Assembly (NCBI GenBank): GCA_051362555.1
Contig: CM120649.1
Coordinates: 6,386,001 to 6,450,000 of the forward strand
Source: Lingula anatina
Lineage: Eukaryota > Animalia > Brachiopoda
DNA: 64,000 nucleotides
Direction: 5' to 3'
Shown: in pieces, positions 1-12,900 of the stretch
Numbering within the stretch: the stretch's first letter is position 1
How the letters are laid out: the number at the start of each line of letters is the position of its first letter
The notes under the pieces: generated by a model
Database searches by the model: none
What the model saw: only the letters and a program-made list of their open reading frames with translations
Told to the model about the DNA's origin: nothing
Program-made: the position numbers and the translations under genes

Positions 1-723
1 CATAATAATGAAGGCACCGTTATAAGAAGATATCAATTCATTTTAAAAAAAGAACATTGGAGTCACTTCCGAATTCTTATCACCTCACTCATGGCGACAC
101 TAATTGCCGGTAATCTCCTCCTCGGTGGAGTGGAATGAAACAGGTTACGACATTTTACCGCATTTTATGAGGCGTTCATTAAACTTCAACGATAGCATCG
201 CGAAGGGGTATGCGCCATAACGAGATTTCCGCTAGAGATAACCTCGACAGAGTTGCTGGATGACGCTCCCCAAGACACTGAAGTTTTATCAGGAATTGAG
301 GGTCTGTTAAAACTAGAATTCAGTGAGACCGTAGCTGAGGTCTCGCAACTGTATGGGGGTTGATTTACCCCTTCCCCACCCCCATCCCTTTTTTACTCTA
401 GGATACAGATTTATTCATGACGTCATATCGAAGTTCATATATGACGTCACGATCGACTAGTTTTCTATAAATGCCTGCAACTACTGAAATCGATAAAAAG
501 TGCTTCAAATTCAATGTTACAGGAACATTTACTTACGTCATCGGCCAATTAAATAGCAGAAAGAGCCCTAAATCACGCCTAAATCTGTATACGAAATGCA
601 ATATAAATGAAATAATAATTGTGTTAGTGTTGAATAGTGTCATTTTGATAACTTTAATTATTACATCATTATTATAATAATGAAACAAACCTTTACAGTT
701 TTTACCCCTGAGTTTATAAGTTT

Positions 724-726
<3 letters not shown>

Positions 727-758
<32 letters not shown>
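727..758. repeat. (CT)n microsatellite
   Basis: Direct reading. Confidence 0.95.
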
Positions 759-761
<3 letters not shown>

Positions 762-1676
762 CAATAACTAACCAAGGTAAAGGTTGGTAACTCAAGAAAA
801 CCCTTTACTCGTTATATTAAATAAAATAAAATGCTTCTGTGGCCCTCTTAACCTTAACAGTACACCAGCTACCAAAGCGAGCTTGTGCCTCCTTTCTAGC
901 GATGCCGGTTTCATGGGCGCACAAAGAACGCAAATAGGACGCCGTCCAGTGTAAAGGAAGTTTTAAAGGAGCCTTCGTACTTTATGGTAGATCCAACAAG
1001 TACCTGATAACAAAAATGTGCCCTTAGGGTTTATATGGTTATCTTTTTTAGTGCAAAATACGAAAAGGTGATATTCGTAAATACGTAAAACAAGTTTTTT
1101 TTTCTAGGTGACGATCCACGGTAAGGTGACGCCCAATAATATTTTATCTTTGTCAAGGGCGCGCATAACTGGATTCCAACTTATACTTCGTACATACTCA
1201 TTCAAAAGCATACTTAGATGGTATCGTTATGAACAGGCGAGCTGACGGCATGGCCCAAATCACCCTCATGGGATGACCCGTACAAGTTCCTGTGAAGATA
1301 AATCACGTAAAAATATACGTTAAATTAAGCTGTCGTAGAATATATGTTTTTTATCTCTGCCACGCTATGATGAGTTGTTATGCACGACTACGTGCATCCG
1401 GCTCAGGATGAGCAAAATTGCATTCAAATAAACTACAGTTTATGTTGCTATTTATTCTAATTTGCTCCTTAGGTCTAGACTTTTAGTAGATACGCCTTCG
1501 ATCGATTCCAATTTCCTATTTCACGTCCTCTTTTAAGTGGTAAACACATTATTATTATTATTTTTTTTTTTGTATTTCTTGTTTTTTTTATTCTGTCTAT
1601 GTTTATTCAACATTTTGTGTACTATTTAAAACATGCTTCACTCTGGTCCATCACAATTCATTCATTTTCATAGTAT

Positions 1677-1680
<4 letters not shown>

Positions 1681-1723
<43 letters not shown>
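1681..1723. repeat. (TC)n microsatellite
   Basis: Direct reading. Confidence 0.95.
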
Positions 1724-1725
<2 letters not shown>

Positions 1726-2280
1726 ACAACCCACAGCTTGCAGAGACCAAACTAGTAACGAAAATCGTAAAAAGGGGGTAAATGCCTAAATCATTTGCTC
1801 AATTTATATAGTAGGCCTATGTATATTTTCAAGAATGTCTTGGTATTTTCCAAAAGAAAAAAGAAAGTACCCCAGTCTCAAAGCATGAGCATACACCCCT
1901 ACCTATTCTTATCATTTGAGGTCATGTCCACGGGGGAGATTACTGACTCAAAACTGGCACGTTTGGCGACCGCAAATTTTCTTGTGTGTGAAATTGAGTC
2001 AGAGATAAAGGAAGGAATACAAAAACCTCGTTGCGATAACGCGTCGCATCGCTCTTATCAGATCTAAACGCGCGTATATCACAGGTTCAGCAATGCGGGT
2101 ATATCACCGATCACACGCCCCTTAGATCAAAAGAGAACCAGGCAGCATGAGAATTTTAAGACTGAATATTGGTCTTAACTGTTAGACCAAAATTTTGAGT
2201 CTACTTTAAGCAAAGTTTTAACCATTTGCCGCCTTTGATGAAATATTGTAGAATATTGTGTATGCAGTTTACAATATTTA

Positions 2281-2534
2281 GGGGAGACCGGGGCTAGTTG
2301 AACCCCGGGGTAAGTTGCCCCCCCCCCCCCCCCTCATCAATTTATGACAAAGTAACTATGGGGTAAAAGAATTGATCACATCATTAATTTTTGTAAAGTG
2401 ACCGTATCCAATAGTGCTAAGAAAGCGTCGGCAGTGAGCCCAAATGAAATAATTTAGCATTTTAAAGTAATTTTATTAAAGAGACTTGATGGGGGGCCAA
2501 CTTACTCCCGGGTCCAACTAGCCCCGGTCTCCCC
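2281..2534. mobile_element. MITE with GGGGAGACCGGGG termini and TA target duplication (Tc1/mariner-pogo-like)
   Basis: TIR GGGGAGACCGGGGCTAGTTG...CAACTAGCCCCGGTCTCCCC extending imperfectly to about 45 bp; flanked by TA on both sides. Confidence 0.85.
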
Positions 2535-3026
2535 TATCAGGGAAATTAATTTCTGTTCGGTATGTAGCCTCGTGTTTAGCAACATGAAATACCAATAAGT
2601 AAACAGAGAAAGTAAAATTGCTTTAGATAATTACAGATAAAACAAGAAGGAAAATATTACTAGATAAAAAATGATTAAGCATAACATGCGAGTTTTACAT
2701 ATAAGAATGGTTCATTTTCATAACAATTTGAGCCTGCAATTCTTGGAAAAGGGATGATAATGACGCCCTACGCCTAAAGTGTTAATAAATCCATGATCAT
2801 GACAGTGTTAAAATAACGACCCAGCCTTTAGTACTTACAGTGTCATCTGCCATACACTGTACTTATACAATGCCTACTAAAATAACAGTTTTGTAAGGTG
2901 AAAAGGTTGAATGAAACATAAAAGTTGTTTTATTTTCACTGGACATCATCCCGCGGGAAAACCTATATGAACGATGAACACATATTTCAGTCACGAAGGC
3001 TTAACGGTAGGTAAATGTTTACAGTA

Positions 3027-3027
<1 letters not shown>

Positions 3028-3075
<48 letters not shown>

Positions 3076-3085
3076 TAATAATAAT
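3028..3085. repeat. (TAA)n microsatellite
   Basis: Direct reading. Confidence 0.95.
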
Positions 3086-3593
3086 TTCTTTGTAACACTA
3101 TCAGCTTCATGTATTATAGAAAGATTGAAATTATAAAAACATTTCGACTGAAATCACCGGAAATGATTTTGTGCATATTAATTTGTAATAAGTAAAAACG
3201 TAGAAAAAGCAAGACATAACACGACAAATGTGTTAGATGTGCCTTACGAATGCTACCGATACAATCAAGATTCCACAAGATATCTAGTCTATTACCATAT
3301 TCTCATTAGCATTTTTCATTTTTGCCTCATGCATTTTTAAAAAGATGGCATAATTGTAGGCAAGAAATAAAACACTTTTATCTATCGAAACCTCTTCGTT
3401 CTTCAAATTTTTGTGTGACTTTCTCTTTTTATCTGTATTAGTCCCATATGCCTCCTCGTTGTTACATCACGGGTAAACGCACATGTTACTTTAAGATGAT
3501 CGTTGCACTATCATGTACAATATTAAAACAGAAATGCCAGCAGCTGGCGATGACAGCGCTAGCATATTTCCAGATGCAGATTTAGAATACTGT

Positions 3594-3594
3594 T

Positions 3595-3649
<55 letters not shown>

Positions 3650-3665
3650 TTTGTTTATTTATTTA
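3594..3665. repeat. (ATTT)n microsatellite
   Basis: Direct reading; source of the FIYL-repeat spurious ORF. Confidence 0.95.
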
Positions 3666-4796
3666 ATCGTTTATTCATTTTCAGTTTTTCTTTGCTTAAA
3701 TGACACTTAGTGTAAACTTTGGTAACTTTGATCCAGAAAATCTCACAGTAACCTTATATCATATAATAATTAAGGACCAAACCTTTAATGAAATAACCAT
3801 GGACTTTTTGAAGTCCTTCAGATATAACGATTCCATCCAGTCAATCAACAATATAAAAGGTAATAATGCAGATATCCAATGAATATATATTTGCGTGAAA
3901 ACCCTCTAGCCTGAGATGGCACCTAATTTCTGGCTTAATATGACATATAGCGGCACGCATTTAGCCTGGCACGACTTTACCGCTGAATGGATCGAAGTAC
4001 TTTTTTCTCGTTGTCGCCCATAATTTGTTTTTGTTCATTCATTGCATGGCCAGAGTACATTTACTCAATTGCTAGATTCATGTGAAGATATAGAGGATAT
4101 TTCTGAACTGGGTAGGTGATGGTGGCAATTTCAACAAAAGATGTATTCTTCAAATGACGATATTGTCTTTTTTTTCGTTTTGGTCTTGGTTTGTATTTCG
4201 AAGAATATGCCTTGGAGGAAAAAAATGGCATAACCACTACATGCACTGTTGCATACTTACTGATATAAGGCCCCCATATTCCAAGTTTAGTTCATGACTT
4301 ATGGCCCTTTCGTCTGTGGCTCTCATTTTGAAACTGACTAAAGAAAAAATAAGAGCTATATATATATATACCAGGGTCAAAGAAAATGCTACATATACAT
4401 GTACATGTAGCTTCCCCAAGAGTTATTTTTAAAAAATCTGTGCACTCCCCCTCCCCCCCCCCATAACCTACAGCCCTGCTGTTTATAACCTATTTATAAC
4501 TTGTCAAATAGAAAAAAATATGACAAGTGAACGTGAGGAAATTAGTGGGGGTTAGTTACCAGTACGTACGTGTCTGAAAATTTCATTTCTTAAACTAAAT
4601 TTTTGTTATAATTACCAGCATTTCTGTATTCTGCCTAACATCAAGAGGATAATATGTCAGTCTGATTGTTTCAGCAAGAGTCCTTGCGGAGTTGGATTGA
4701 TCTATGTAAAAACAATAGTTTCATTGGGAATGAGCCTGCAGTGCTTCATGCTGAAGTAAAACTGTTATATGTAAGGCAAGTATACCCCCCCCCCCC

Positions 4797-4949
4797 CAGG
4801 CCCATAGCCAGGGGGGTTCGGGGGTTTCGAGAGAACCACCCCCTTTGCTGGGGAAAGGTCCACTCTGGGTAAAATTTGTTCTATGTACATGAAGGTCCAC
4901 TTTTTCAGAAAAAAGAACCCCTCTTTTGAAATTGCTGGCTACGGGCCTG
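4797..4949. mobile_element. Short hAT-like MITE
   Basis: 15-bp TIR CAGGCCCATAGCCAG / CTGGCTACGGGCCTG (1 mismatch). Target duplication obscured by a C-run. Confidence 0.7.
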
Positions 4950-5131
4950 CCCCCATAGCTAGGGTCAGAACAGATATATATTGGGAGTAAATGTAATTTT
5001 CAACTGGTTAAAATAATATTGCATGTTTACATTCCTTCATTGTGCTACTGTAAGAGTAAAAATGGTGCAGACAAATCACAGAGGTGCCTAGAATTCCATA
5101 TTCGTTTTACAGGTGAATTGTGCCAATTAGT

Positions 5132-7618
5132 ATGAGGGAAGAAAGTGGTATGGGGGACAGTGATAAGATGTCTCTGAAAATTCCCAGTGTAGAAGATGAG
5201 ACCTCCATCACAGCAGAAAAACCATACAAATGTCACTTTTGCAGCATTGGGTTTTCACAAAAGGATGACAGAACGCAGCATGAAAAAATTCATTTCGAGG
5301 AGAAACCGTACCAATGTTTGTTCTGTGGTCAAGTGTTTCCAGAAAAGGATGAATGTGTAGAGCATGAAAAAACGCACGTCTCTGGAGAAAAATTGTACTT
5401 TTGTCAGTACTGTTATTCTTCGTTTTCTCGTAAACAGTCATTGGTTTTCCACGAAAGAACTCACACTGGAGAGAGACCATATCAATGTCAATACTGTGGC
5501 AAGGCTTTCGTTAAGAAAGATGCTTGTAAACGCCATGAAAAAACTCACACTGGGGAGAAGCCTTATGCGTGTGAATACTGTGGAAAGGCGTTTTCCCAGA
5601 AAGCCCATTGCGCAACACATGAAAAAATTCACACAGGAGAAAAACAGCATAAATGTCAGTACTGTGGAGAAATGTTTTCGCGGCGGGAGGAACGGTTAAT
5701 CCACGAAAGTTTTCACACAGGTATATACGAGTGTCAGTACTGTGATGAGGTGTTTGCTCAGAAACGTGACGTCCTTTTGCATGAAAAGATTCACCCTGAA
5801 AACAGGCCGTTTCAGTGTCAGCACTGTGATGCGAGATTTAGAAGTGAACTAAGTTGCATTGAACATGAACGAATTCACACTGGTGAGAGACCGCACAAAT
5901 GCCAGCATTGTGGAAAAACATTTGCTGTTCAAAGTAAATACAAAAAGCATGTGAGAATTCATACTGCACCTAAAAGATTCAAATGTCAATACTGTGACAA
6001 GTTGTTTCATAGTCATGATAAATGTGTCATTCATGAAAGGGTCCATACTGGAGAAAAACCATACAAATGCCGGTACTGTGAAAAGAGCTTCTCTACCAAA
6101 GGCCACTGCGATTTGCATGAAAAGACTCACACTGGTGAAAGGCCTTACAAATGTCAGCTGTGCGAGAGGACATTTACGGAGAAATTCCTTTGCGCAGAAC
6201 ATGAAAGAGCTCACACTGGAGAGAAGCCATACCAATGCCAGTACTGTGACAAGGCCTTTTCTTTCAAGGCATCATTACGGAACCATGAAAGGAAACACAC
6301 TGGCTACTCGATTGGTGAAATGACTCGGGCCGCAGTCAAGGATTTTAAATTCAAATGTCAGTACTGTGACAAGGCATTTTATAAGAATGCTAAATGCATC
6401 GAGCATGAAAGGATTCACACAGGTGAGAAGCCATATAAATGCCAGCACTGTGAGAAGACGTTTTCTAGGAAATACACTTGTATGAAACATGAGCGGATTC
6501 ACACTGGGGAAAAGCCACATAAATGTCAGCTTTGTGAGGCAGCATTCAGCCGTAAAGATGAGTGTGTTATACATGAAAGAACTCACACAGGGGAAAAACC
6601 ATACAAATGTCAAATCTGCGATAAAACGTTCAATCGTAAAAATCACTGTTTAACCCATGAAAGGAATCACAAAGCAAAAAAGCCAAAAGCTGAAAAAGCT
6701 GAAAAAGAAACCAAAAATAACCGTGCGCCTGTTAAACAATTAAAATGTCAGTCATGCGACATGACATTCCATAGCCGCGTTGAGTTATTAAATCATAAGA
6801 AGATCCACATTGGGGAAGGCACAAAGAAGGGCACAAAAAGTAGCAAGACATTTTCAAAACAAGAGAAATCTGTGAAATGTGTAAAGACTCGCACTAAGAG
6901 AGACGTCTACAAGTGTCAGAATTGCGTTGAGACCTTTTCCACCAAGACCCTTTTGGTAAAACATGAAAAAAGCCATTCCAAAGAGAGGCGGAAAACATCA
7001 CCCAGCAAACAAAAAAAGAAAACAGATGGGAAAGTAGCCAAGGGGAAACTGAAGCAAAGAGGTCATATAGTTAACAAAAAGACCACAAGTGGACCTAGAA
7101 CGAGGGCGAAACGGACGGGAAATAGTAGAAAATGTGAAAAAAATATTACTGGAGGATCTGTATTGGAGGATACTTTGACAAAAGAAAGTGGTCAAAGTCA
7201 AAGCACTCCCAGTAAATCGACCTCTGTGGAGGAACAAGAAAAAAAGTTAAACTTTTGTGCACTTGGTTATGGTAAAAACACAACAAATGAATGGGATGTG
7301 ATAGATAATTTGGAGGAATTACACAGCAAATTTATTAAAACAGAAAATACAACAGATCAGGCATTCTCAGAAGCTATCGTAAAAGAGGAAACCCATTTTG
7401 AAAATGAGCATCAGATGTTTGCACCATCATCTGGGTTTCCAGATGTATCAGAAACACTTTCCTATAACCCAAATATAGAAGACGCTCCTGAAAATTGCAA
7501 TTTCCAGGATTTTGTCGAGAATAGTAAGGAGTTCCCAACTAACTGTGACAGTCGGGGTGACGTGTCACGAGAAAGATTGATGTTTTTGAAAAATGGCATT
7601 AAAACAGAACCTGTATAG
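5132..7618 (+). CDS. Multi-finger C2H2 zinc-finger protein (19 fingers, about 828 aa, single coding exon)
   Basis: Long ORF with 19 CxxC...HxxxH units, most joined by TGEKPY-type linkers. First in-frame ATG is at 5132 (in-frame TGA at 5114), just after a splice acceptor ttttacag ending 5112. Basic region and acidic C-terminus with IKTE/VKEE motifs. Confidence 0.93.
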   Translation: MREESGMGDSDKMSLKIPSVEDETSITAEKPYKCHFCSIGFSQKDDRTQHEKIHFEEKPYQCLFCGQVFPEKDECVEHEKTHVSGEKLYFCQYCYSSFSRKQSLVFHERTHTGERPYQCQYCGKAFVKKDACKRHEKTHTGEKPYACEYCGKAFSQKAHCATHEKIHTGEKQHKCQYCGEMFSRREERLIHESFHTGIYECQYCDEVFAQKRDVLLHEKIHPENRPFQCQHCDARFRSELSCIEHERIHTGERPHKCQHCGKTFAVQSKYKKHVRIHTAPKRFKCQYCDKLFHSHDKCVIHERVHTGEKPYKCRYCEKSFSTKGHCDLHEKTHTGERPYKCQLCERTFTEKFLCAEHERAHTGEKPYQCQYCDKAFSFKASLRNHERKHTGYSIGEMTRAAVKDFKFKCQYCDKAFYKNAKCIEHERIHTGEKPYKCQHCEKTFSRKYTCMKHERIHTGEKPHKCQLCEAAFSRKDECVIHERTHTGEKPYKCQICDKTFNRKNHCLTHERNHKAKKPKAEKAEKETKNNRAPVKQLKCQSCDMTFHSRVELLNHKKIHIGEGTKKGTKSSKTFSKQEKSVKCVKTRTKRDVYKCQNCVETFSTKTLLVKHEKSHSKERRKTSPSKQKKKTDGKVAKGKLKQRGHIVNKKTTSGPRTRAKRTGNSRKCEKNITGGSVLEDTLTKESGQSQSTPSKSTSVEEQEKKLNFCALGYGKNTTNEWDVIDNLEELHSKFIKTENTTDQAFSEAIVKEETHFENEHQMFAPSSGFPDVSETLSYNPNIEDAPENCNFQDFVENSKEFPTNCDSRGDVSRERLMFLKNGIKTEPV

Positions 7619-7703
7619 AGTTAAAAGATGAGAGAAAGGTTCTTGTAAACATAGCATTTATAAGGAGGCAAATGATATGAATTATCTCTGAGTGCATAGG
7701 GAC

Positions 7704-8307
7704 CACCCTGAGCTTCAGAGATAACTTGACACTAACCTCTTCACTATAGCCTATCTTCATCGTGTCAAGTTACCTCTGACGAAAATAGTTTGACCTAGTT
7801 TATATAAGCCAATCGAATCCATGTTTCAAAATTTTTCACCAAAGTTTGGTGAAAACGCTGATTGGTTGACCGTCAATCGGCAATCCTCGGCTGATTCCGC
7901 AAGCTCCATACTAACAACATAGTTTTTGTCGAGTGCGGAGACATCCGAGTAGTTCCGAGTGCATAACCGTACACAAAGAAAGCATGGAGTATATCGGAAT
8001 TGAAACCAGAGCAGTTTGATGCCCTGCATAATTATCTACTGAGGGATGATGTATTTTGCGTGCTGCCCACAGGTTACGGCAAGTCCCTGATATTCAGCCT
8101 TATCTTTGATTGGTCCGGATTTGAACAAAGCGCGCTTTGACTCGTTCGCGTTCATTGGCTAGATCGTTCAATGAGTCATTGAGTGCGGGCTTTAAATTTG
8201 ATTGGCGGGCGGCGGAGGCAATCGAATGTGGTCAGAGGTAACTTGACACGATGAAGATAGGCTATAGTGAAGAGGTTAGTGTCAAGTTATCTCTGAAGCT
8301 CAGGGTG
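7704..8307. mobile_element. Young non-autonomous DNA transposon, 77-bp perfect TIRs, 8-bp TSD (hAT- or P-like)
   Basis: 7704-7780 is the exact reverse complement of 8231-8307. ATAGGGAC is duplicated at 7696-7703 and 8308-8315. Lies about 85 bp after the zinc-finger stop codon. Confidence 0.93.
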
Positions 8308-9903
8308 ATAGGGACAAGTTATGCACATCATGGTAGTTAGGTTGGAGGTTTTATGCATTTTTTTATTTGCTCATTTTTTTCAATCATTTTATAACATTTA
8401 TTATTTATAGCAATCTTATAGCAGTTATAGGGATTCTTTAAAGCTGTATAAATTTTTGAGCAGTCATTATGTGAAGTCTTTCTCAGTGCTTTTACTGTGA
8501 CTGATAGATCTATAATAATGGAAGGTGTTTATATGGATGGCCTGTTTATTTTTTTTTTACACGTAGGGGCAAATGAGGTGCGTCATGGGAAATTTATTCT
8601 ATCGTGAAAGTTAATAAAGGCTTTTGGTGCTTTTTTTTTAAAGCTTTATAAAATTCTGAACAGTTATTATTTCAAGCCTTTGGTGTTTTTACAGTAACTG
8701 ATGGGTAACAAAGCAAGGTGCTTATAAAGATGGCATTTGAAGTTCATCAGATTGTTTCGTTTGTTCCGTCTTCTTGAATGCTTAATATGATGTCAATCCA
8801 ATGAAAAAAGCCTCCAATTTGTGAAGAAAAAATTTCACTACAAAGAACAACCTTGTACATTATATAGCATATAGGAATATGCATCTAGACAAATATCATA
8901 CATTTCTAGATTGGTTAATCGTTGTATGTCAATTTTTATGAAGCTTGACGCCTCCAACATGTTTTGGTTAAATTTTACTTTTGATCAAGAAGTTGAACTT
9001 ACTTCATTATAATTTCACGGCAATCCCACCTATACTTGGACTAAAATTCAGAAACTGTCACGATGGGAAATTTTCTAACCACTGCACTTAAAATCTCAAA
9101 TATTAATATTTATTCAACCAATCCAAATGTACATATGAAAAACGTAATGGGTTAATCAACCATCTCAACAGTAAAATTAAAATGGAGTATAAACAATGAA
9201 AGTTAAAAGTATTAGAATGTGTACATTAAAAAATTGTTCCCTTTAAAAGTAAATATTCTGTAATTAATAAGGTAAATGTAAAAGAAAAATATATTTCATG
9301 TGGCAAGAAGCTATTATTATCATTAGTTTTTCATGACATATTGTCTCAGCCTACTCCAAAAGGCACAGAATCTCTGCATTCATCTAATTTTATATTACGT
9401 ATTACATATATATTAGGGTGGCAAGTACAATATATCTTGATGTATCCATCTACTTAACTGGGCTTGACACAAACTCACATGTGACTTTTCTTTTAATGCC
9501 AAGTCTTAAGTCTTCCCATACCACATAGTGAATTACTACACACTGTATAAACTTCATATTAATCAAAGCTGAAACCTTAACAATCAAGAAAATATACCTG
9601 TAAGTGCCTTAGATGCACAGCTATAAGTGAGGGTATGTGTATAAGATCAGATATTTACCAAAAAAAAAATAGTGAGCAAATAGTTGCTGGATTAACATTA
9701 TCATGATTATAATACAACATGCCAAAAAACTACAGGTTCAACACAGTCCACTTATATATTTCCACCTTTATAGTTGAATATTATGCTCTTATTTCACAAA
9801 AAAAAAGGTGGGGGGCTGCCTCATTTCCAACCAATTTAGTCTCGTGTTTATTTTTTTTCGCATCATCAATTAACTTTAATCAGTTTGATCAAGGATGTCA
9901 GAA

Positions 9904-12900
9904 TTATCCTCTTTTTTGAATGACTATCTTGTATGGTTTTGGAAAACATGTCAACGGTTGTTCTTTGGCGGCCATGTCCAAAGTAACTCCCTCTGGTGGT
10001 GAAACGCGATACTTCTGGAAGAAGGTAGCTATGGTCAGGTTGATCTCCCGCCTCGCCAAGGTCTTGCCAACACAGAAACGACGGCCTGAAATAATGAATC
10101 ATATAATGATTACAATTTATGAATCAGAATTTATGATACCCTTTAATTATTCTAAGAAAAAACAAAGCTACCAATCATGAAGGTTTTGGGTGTGTTGAAT
10201 AAAAAACAACTTGTTAATTTACAGTTACACATTTTCGTAGACTAAGTGTCAATTCTGCTTTTCGAGATCATGTTACTTGAGCTTAACACACTGAAGCTGC
10301 TTTTACACCGGATTTGCAACCGCCTGTAGAAAGATTTTTGGTGTACTAATGCAAATATGAAAGGAAAAAGCTTCAATATTTAAAGTTCATTAACACTTAT
10401 ATATGAATTTGATGCTATCAAATGCTGTCAAAGTCCCAACTTTGAAGGGGCAAGTTGGAGCGGATAAACATTAACTCTCCAAGGTCACATTCACAACAGT
10501 GGACAAACTAGTCCGCGGATGAAATATTGCAACCCACTTAAAAGCTTGCCATTTAATCTCCTAATATACTGAAATCCCTAGATTCCCCGCGGGGATTACA
10601 CAACAAGCATTCAAAGGGGTCAACCATAACTAGTCTGCAGTCTAGTTAATTTGCTGTTGTGAATGCAGTCTAAGCGGTCCCAAAGCCAGTGTAACCGAGG
10701 CTCAGGACACACATAAGATCACAATTAAGGGAAATATTCTCACCTGAAGAGAATGGCATGTAGCTGTCCCTAGTCCTGCTAACACGCTGTCCCGTGACCT
10801 CGTCCAGCCAGCGTTCGGGTTTAAACTCCATTGGTTCCTCCCAATACTTGGGATCATGGTGCATGGCCCAGAGATTGGTGATAATTGTCATTCCTTTGGG
10901 AATTTCATAGCCATCTGAAATATCATATCCATCCTAGTTTGTTATCTTATTATTATTTTTAAACATTTTCAGTTTCGTTATCATGATTTTATATTACTTT
11001 CCGATCATATATACATGGGTCTTCCCAATTGTTAGGTCATATAAACCACAGTTGGAGATCACAGCCACCAGATTCAGAAAATATTTTTCTATTAATAAAA
11101 TACAAATCTAATACCCTCTTTTAAGTATATCCACTGAAGTAAACAAAGGACATGTAAAAGAAACGTGTGGATTAGTTGTAGCTTAACTTTTAACTTTATA
11201 AGTAGATTATCTGATTTTAATTATGAAGTTCAAATTCTTAAAAATATGACTTTTAGAGAGTTGTTAAGATCGAGTGACAGGCCAGATACGATATGAGTGA
11301 CAGACATCAATATACTGGTAGCTTCAAAATCTCCATGAAAAAAACAATATATACCGGTTAATATTTATTTTAAATAACAACAGTTTCTTAAATTTTCTTC
11401 ATTCACTTGAATTAGAAAATGATGAAATTTTAGAAATCTAAATTTAAGACATTTCCACTCACTTAACACAGTATCACTGGTGGTGACTCGCGGCAAGCCA
11501 AGAGGAGCCACAGTGGCCAGTCTGAGCACCTCGTCAAATACCGCCTCACAGTACAGCAGACTCTTGCCATCCTGCAGCGTGGGTTTCCTGTCTCTACCTG
11601 CATCAAAAAGTACATTTTAAAATACACATACCCTGGCACCAAATTCTGTGATACAAGTAATTCATGAACAAGTCTAACATGCTTCATTGCTCATTAAAAT
11701 CAATGCTTCCATTCAAAATTTAGTCTAAGGCCAGAGAATATTTGAATACCAACCAACATGGGTATACTATAGGATATACTATAAAACAACTGATATACTA
11801 GTACTCACTACTGCTACCTATTTTTCCTTTTTTAAAAACCAATTTAAACTTGCAAACACTTTTCACATCCATTTAATGCAAACACATACCATCGTTAATA
11901 TTCACACATATAAATTTATTTTCAAAAAACACCAAATCCTACCAACAACTCTGTCTATTTCCTCTTGAAGCTTGTCTTGGCACTCAGGTTTGGTGGCCAT
12001 GTACAAAAATGTCCATAACAGGGTGTACATAGAGGTCTCCAGACCAGCTGAAATAGGTGAAAAAAAAACTTTACATGTAATCAAGTAGCTTGCCTTCATG
12101 TTTCACTTTAAGGTCCCCCCCCCCCAACCCCAACTCCAAGAAAAAAAGGAGGGCAGTAATGTGATTGTCAGTCATCCAAATCACACAGATACAGTACATA
12201 TACAGTATGCAGTCTTGTATTTCTCTCCTACATGTACCCTCTAACAGGGTCAAAGAGTCATTTTTTTTTCTAGGCAATCACATATATTTCACTGATTCTG
12301 TGCACATGTTAATTTGTTCTGGGAGGAATTTGTTTTCAAACAAAAAAAGAGACTTAAACACCCAGTGAATATTCAGCATGCACCTGTGAGGGAGCAGTGG
12401 CCACTGCCACCTTAACAGTCCTGCATACAGGCAAGTAAAATCACCTGTGTAAACATCTAGTCCAGTTTGGGCCATGTGGCTATTTGTCAGTGAGCCAAGA
12501 ACCTTTTCGTCCTCTTCATCTTCTGCTTGTTTCTTTGTGAAAAGCAACTCATCCGTCAAGTCACGCACATTGTCTGAAGAGAGAAGCAAACTAATTTTCA
12601 AAGTCAGATTTAATAGGGAGATTGAGCTTATACTTAGGCCAAAAATGTTTAAAATACTGTACAAAGTACGTGCAAGTGACAGATCTGAACTTACAGAAAT
12701 ATTAAATGCTTTATAAGACTGCATTACTCACACAGGTAACAGAAGTTTGAGAACTAATATCTTCACTAGATTCAACGATGGTAAAAGTAATTTGATGCTG
12801 AAATAATCTTTTACATTCAGCAAGGTAGGTACTCTCTTATGGTTGTGTTGTTCTTAATAAAGTATTATCCTCACATCATCACAAACTTCAGTGTGCAAAT

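Noticed and set aside
3513-3710. FIYL- and IY-repeat hydrophobic ORFs (also 19802-20017, 58310-58756, 17126-17353)
   Set aside because: Translations of microsatellites.
5208-7237. Several antisense and alternate-frame ORFs overlapping the first ZF gene (similar ones at 59856-60833)
   Set aside because: Shadow ORFs produced by repetitive finger codons; no independent motifs.
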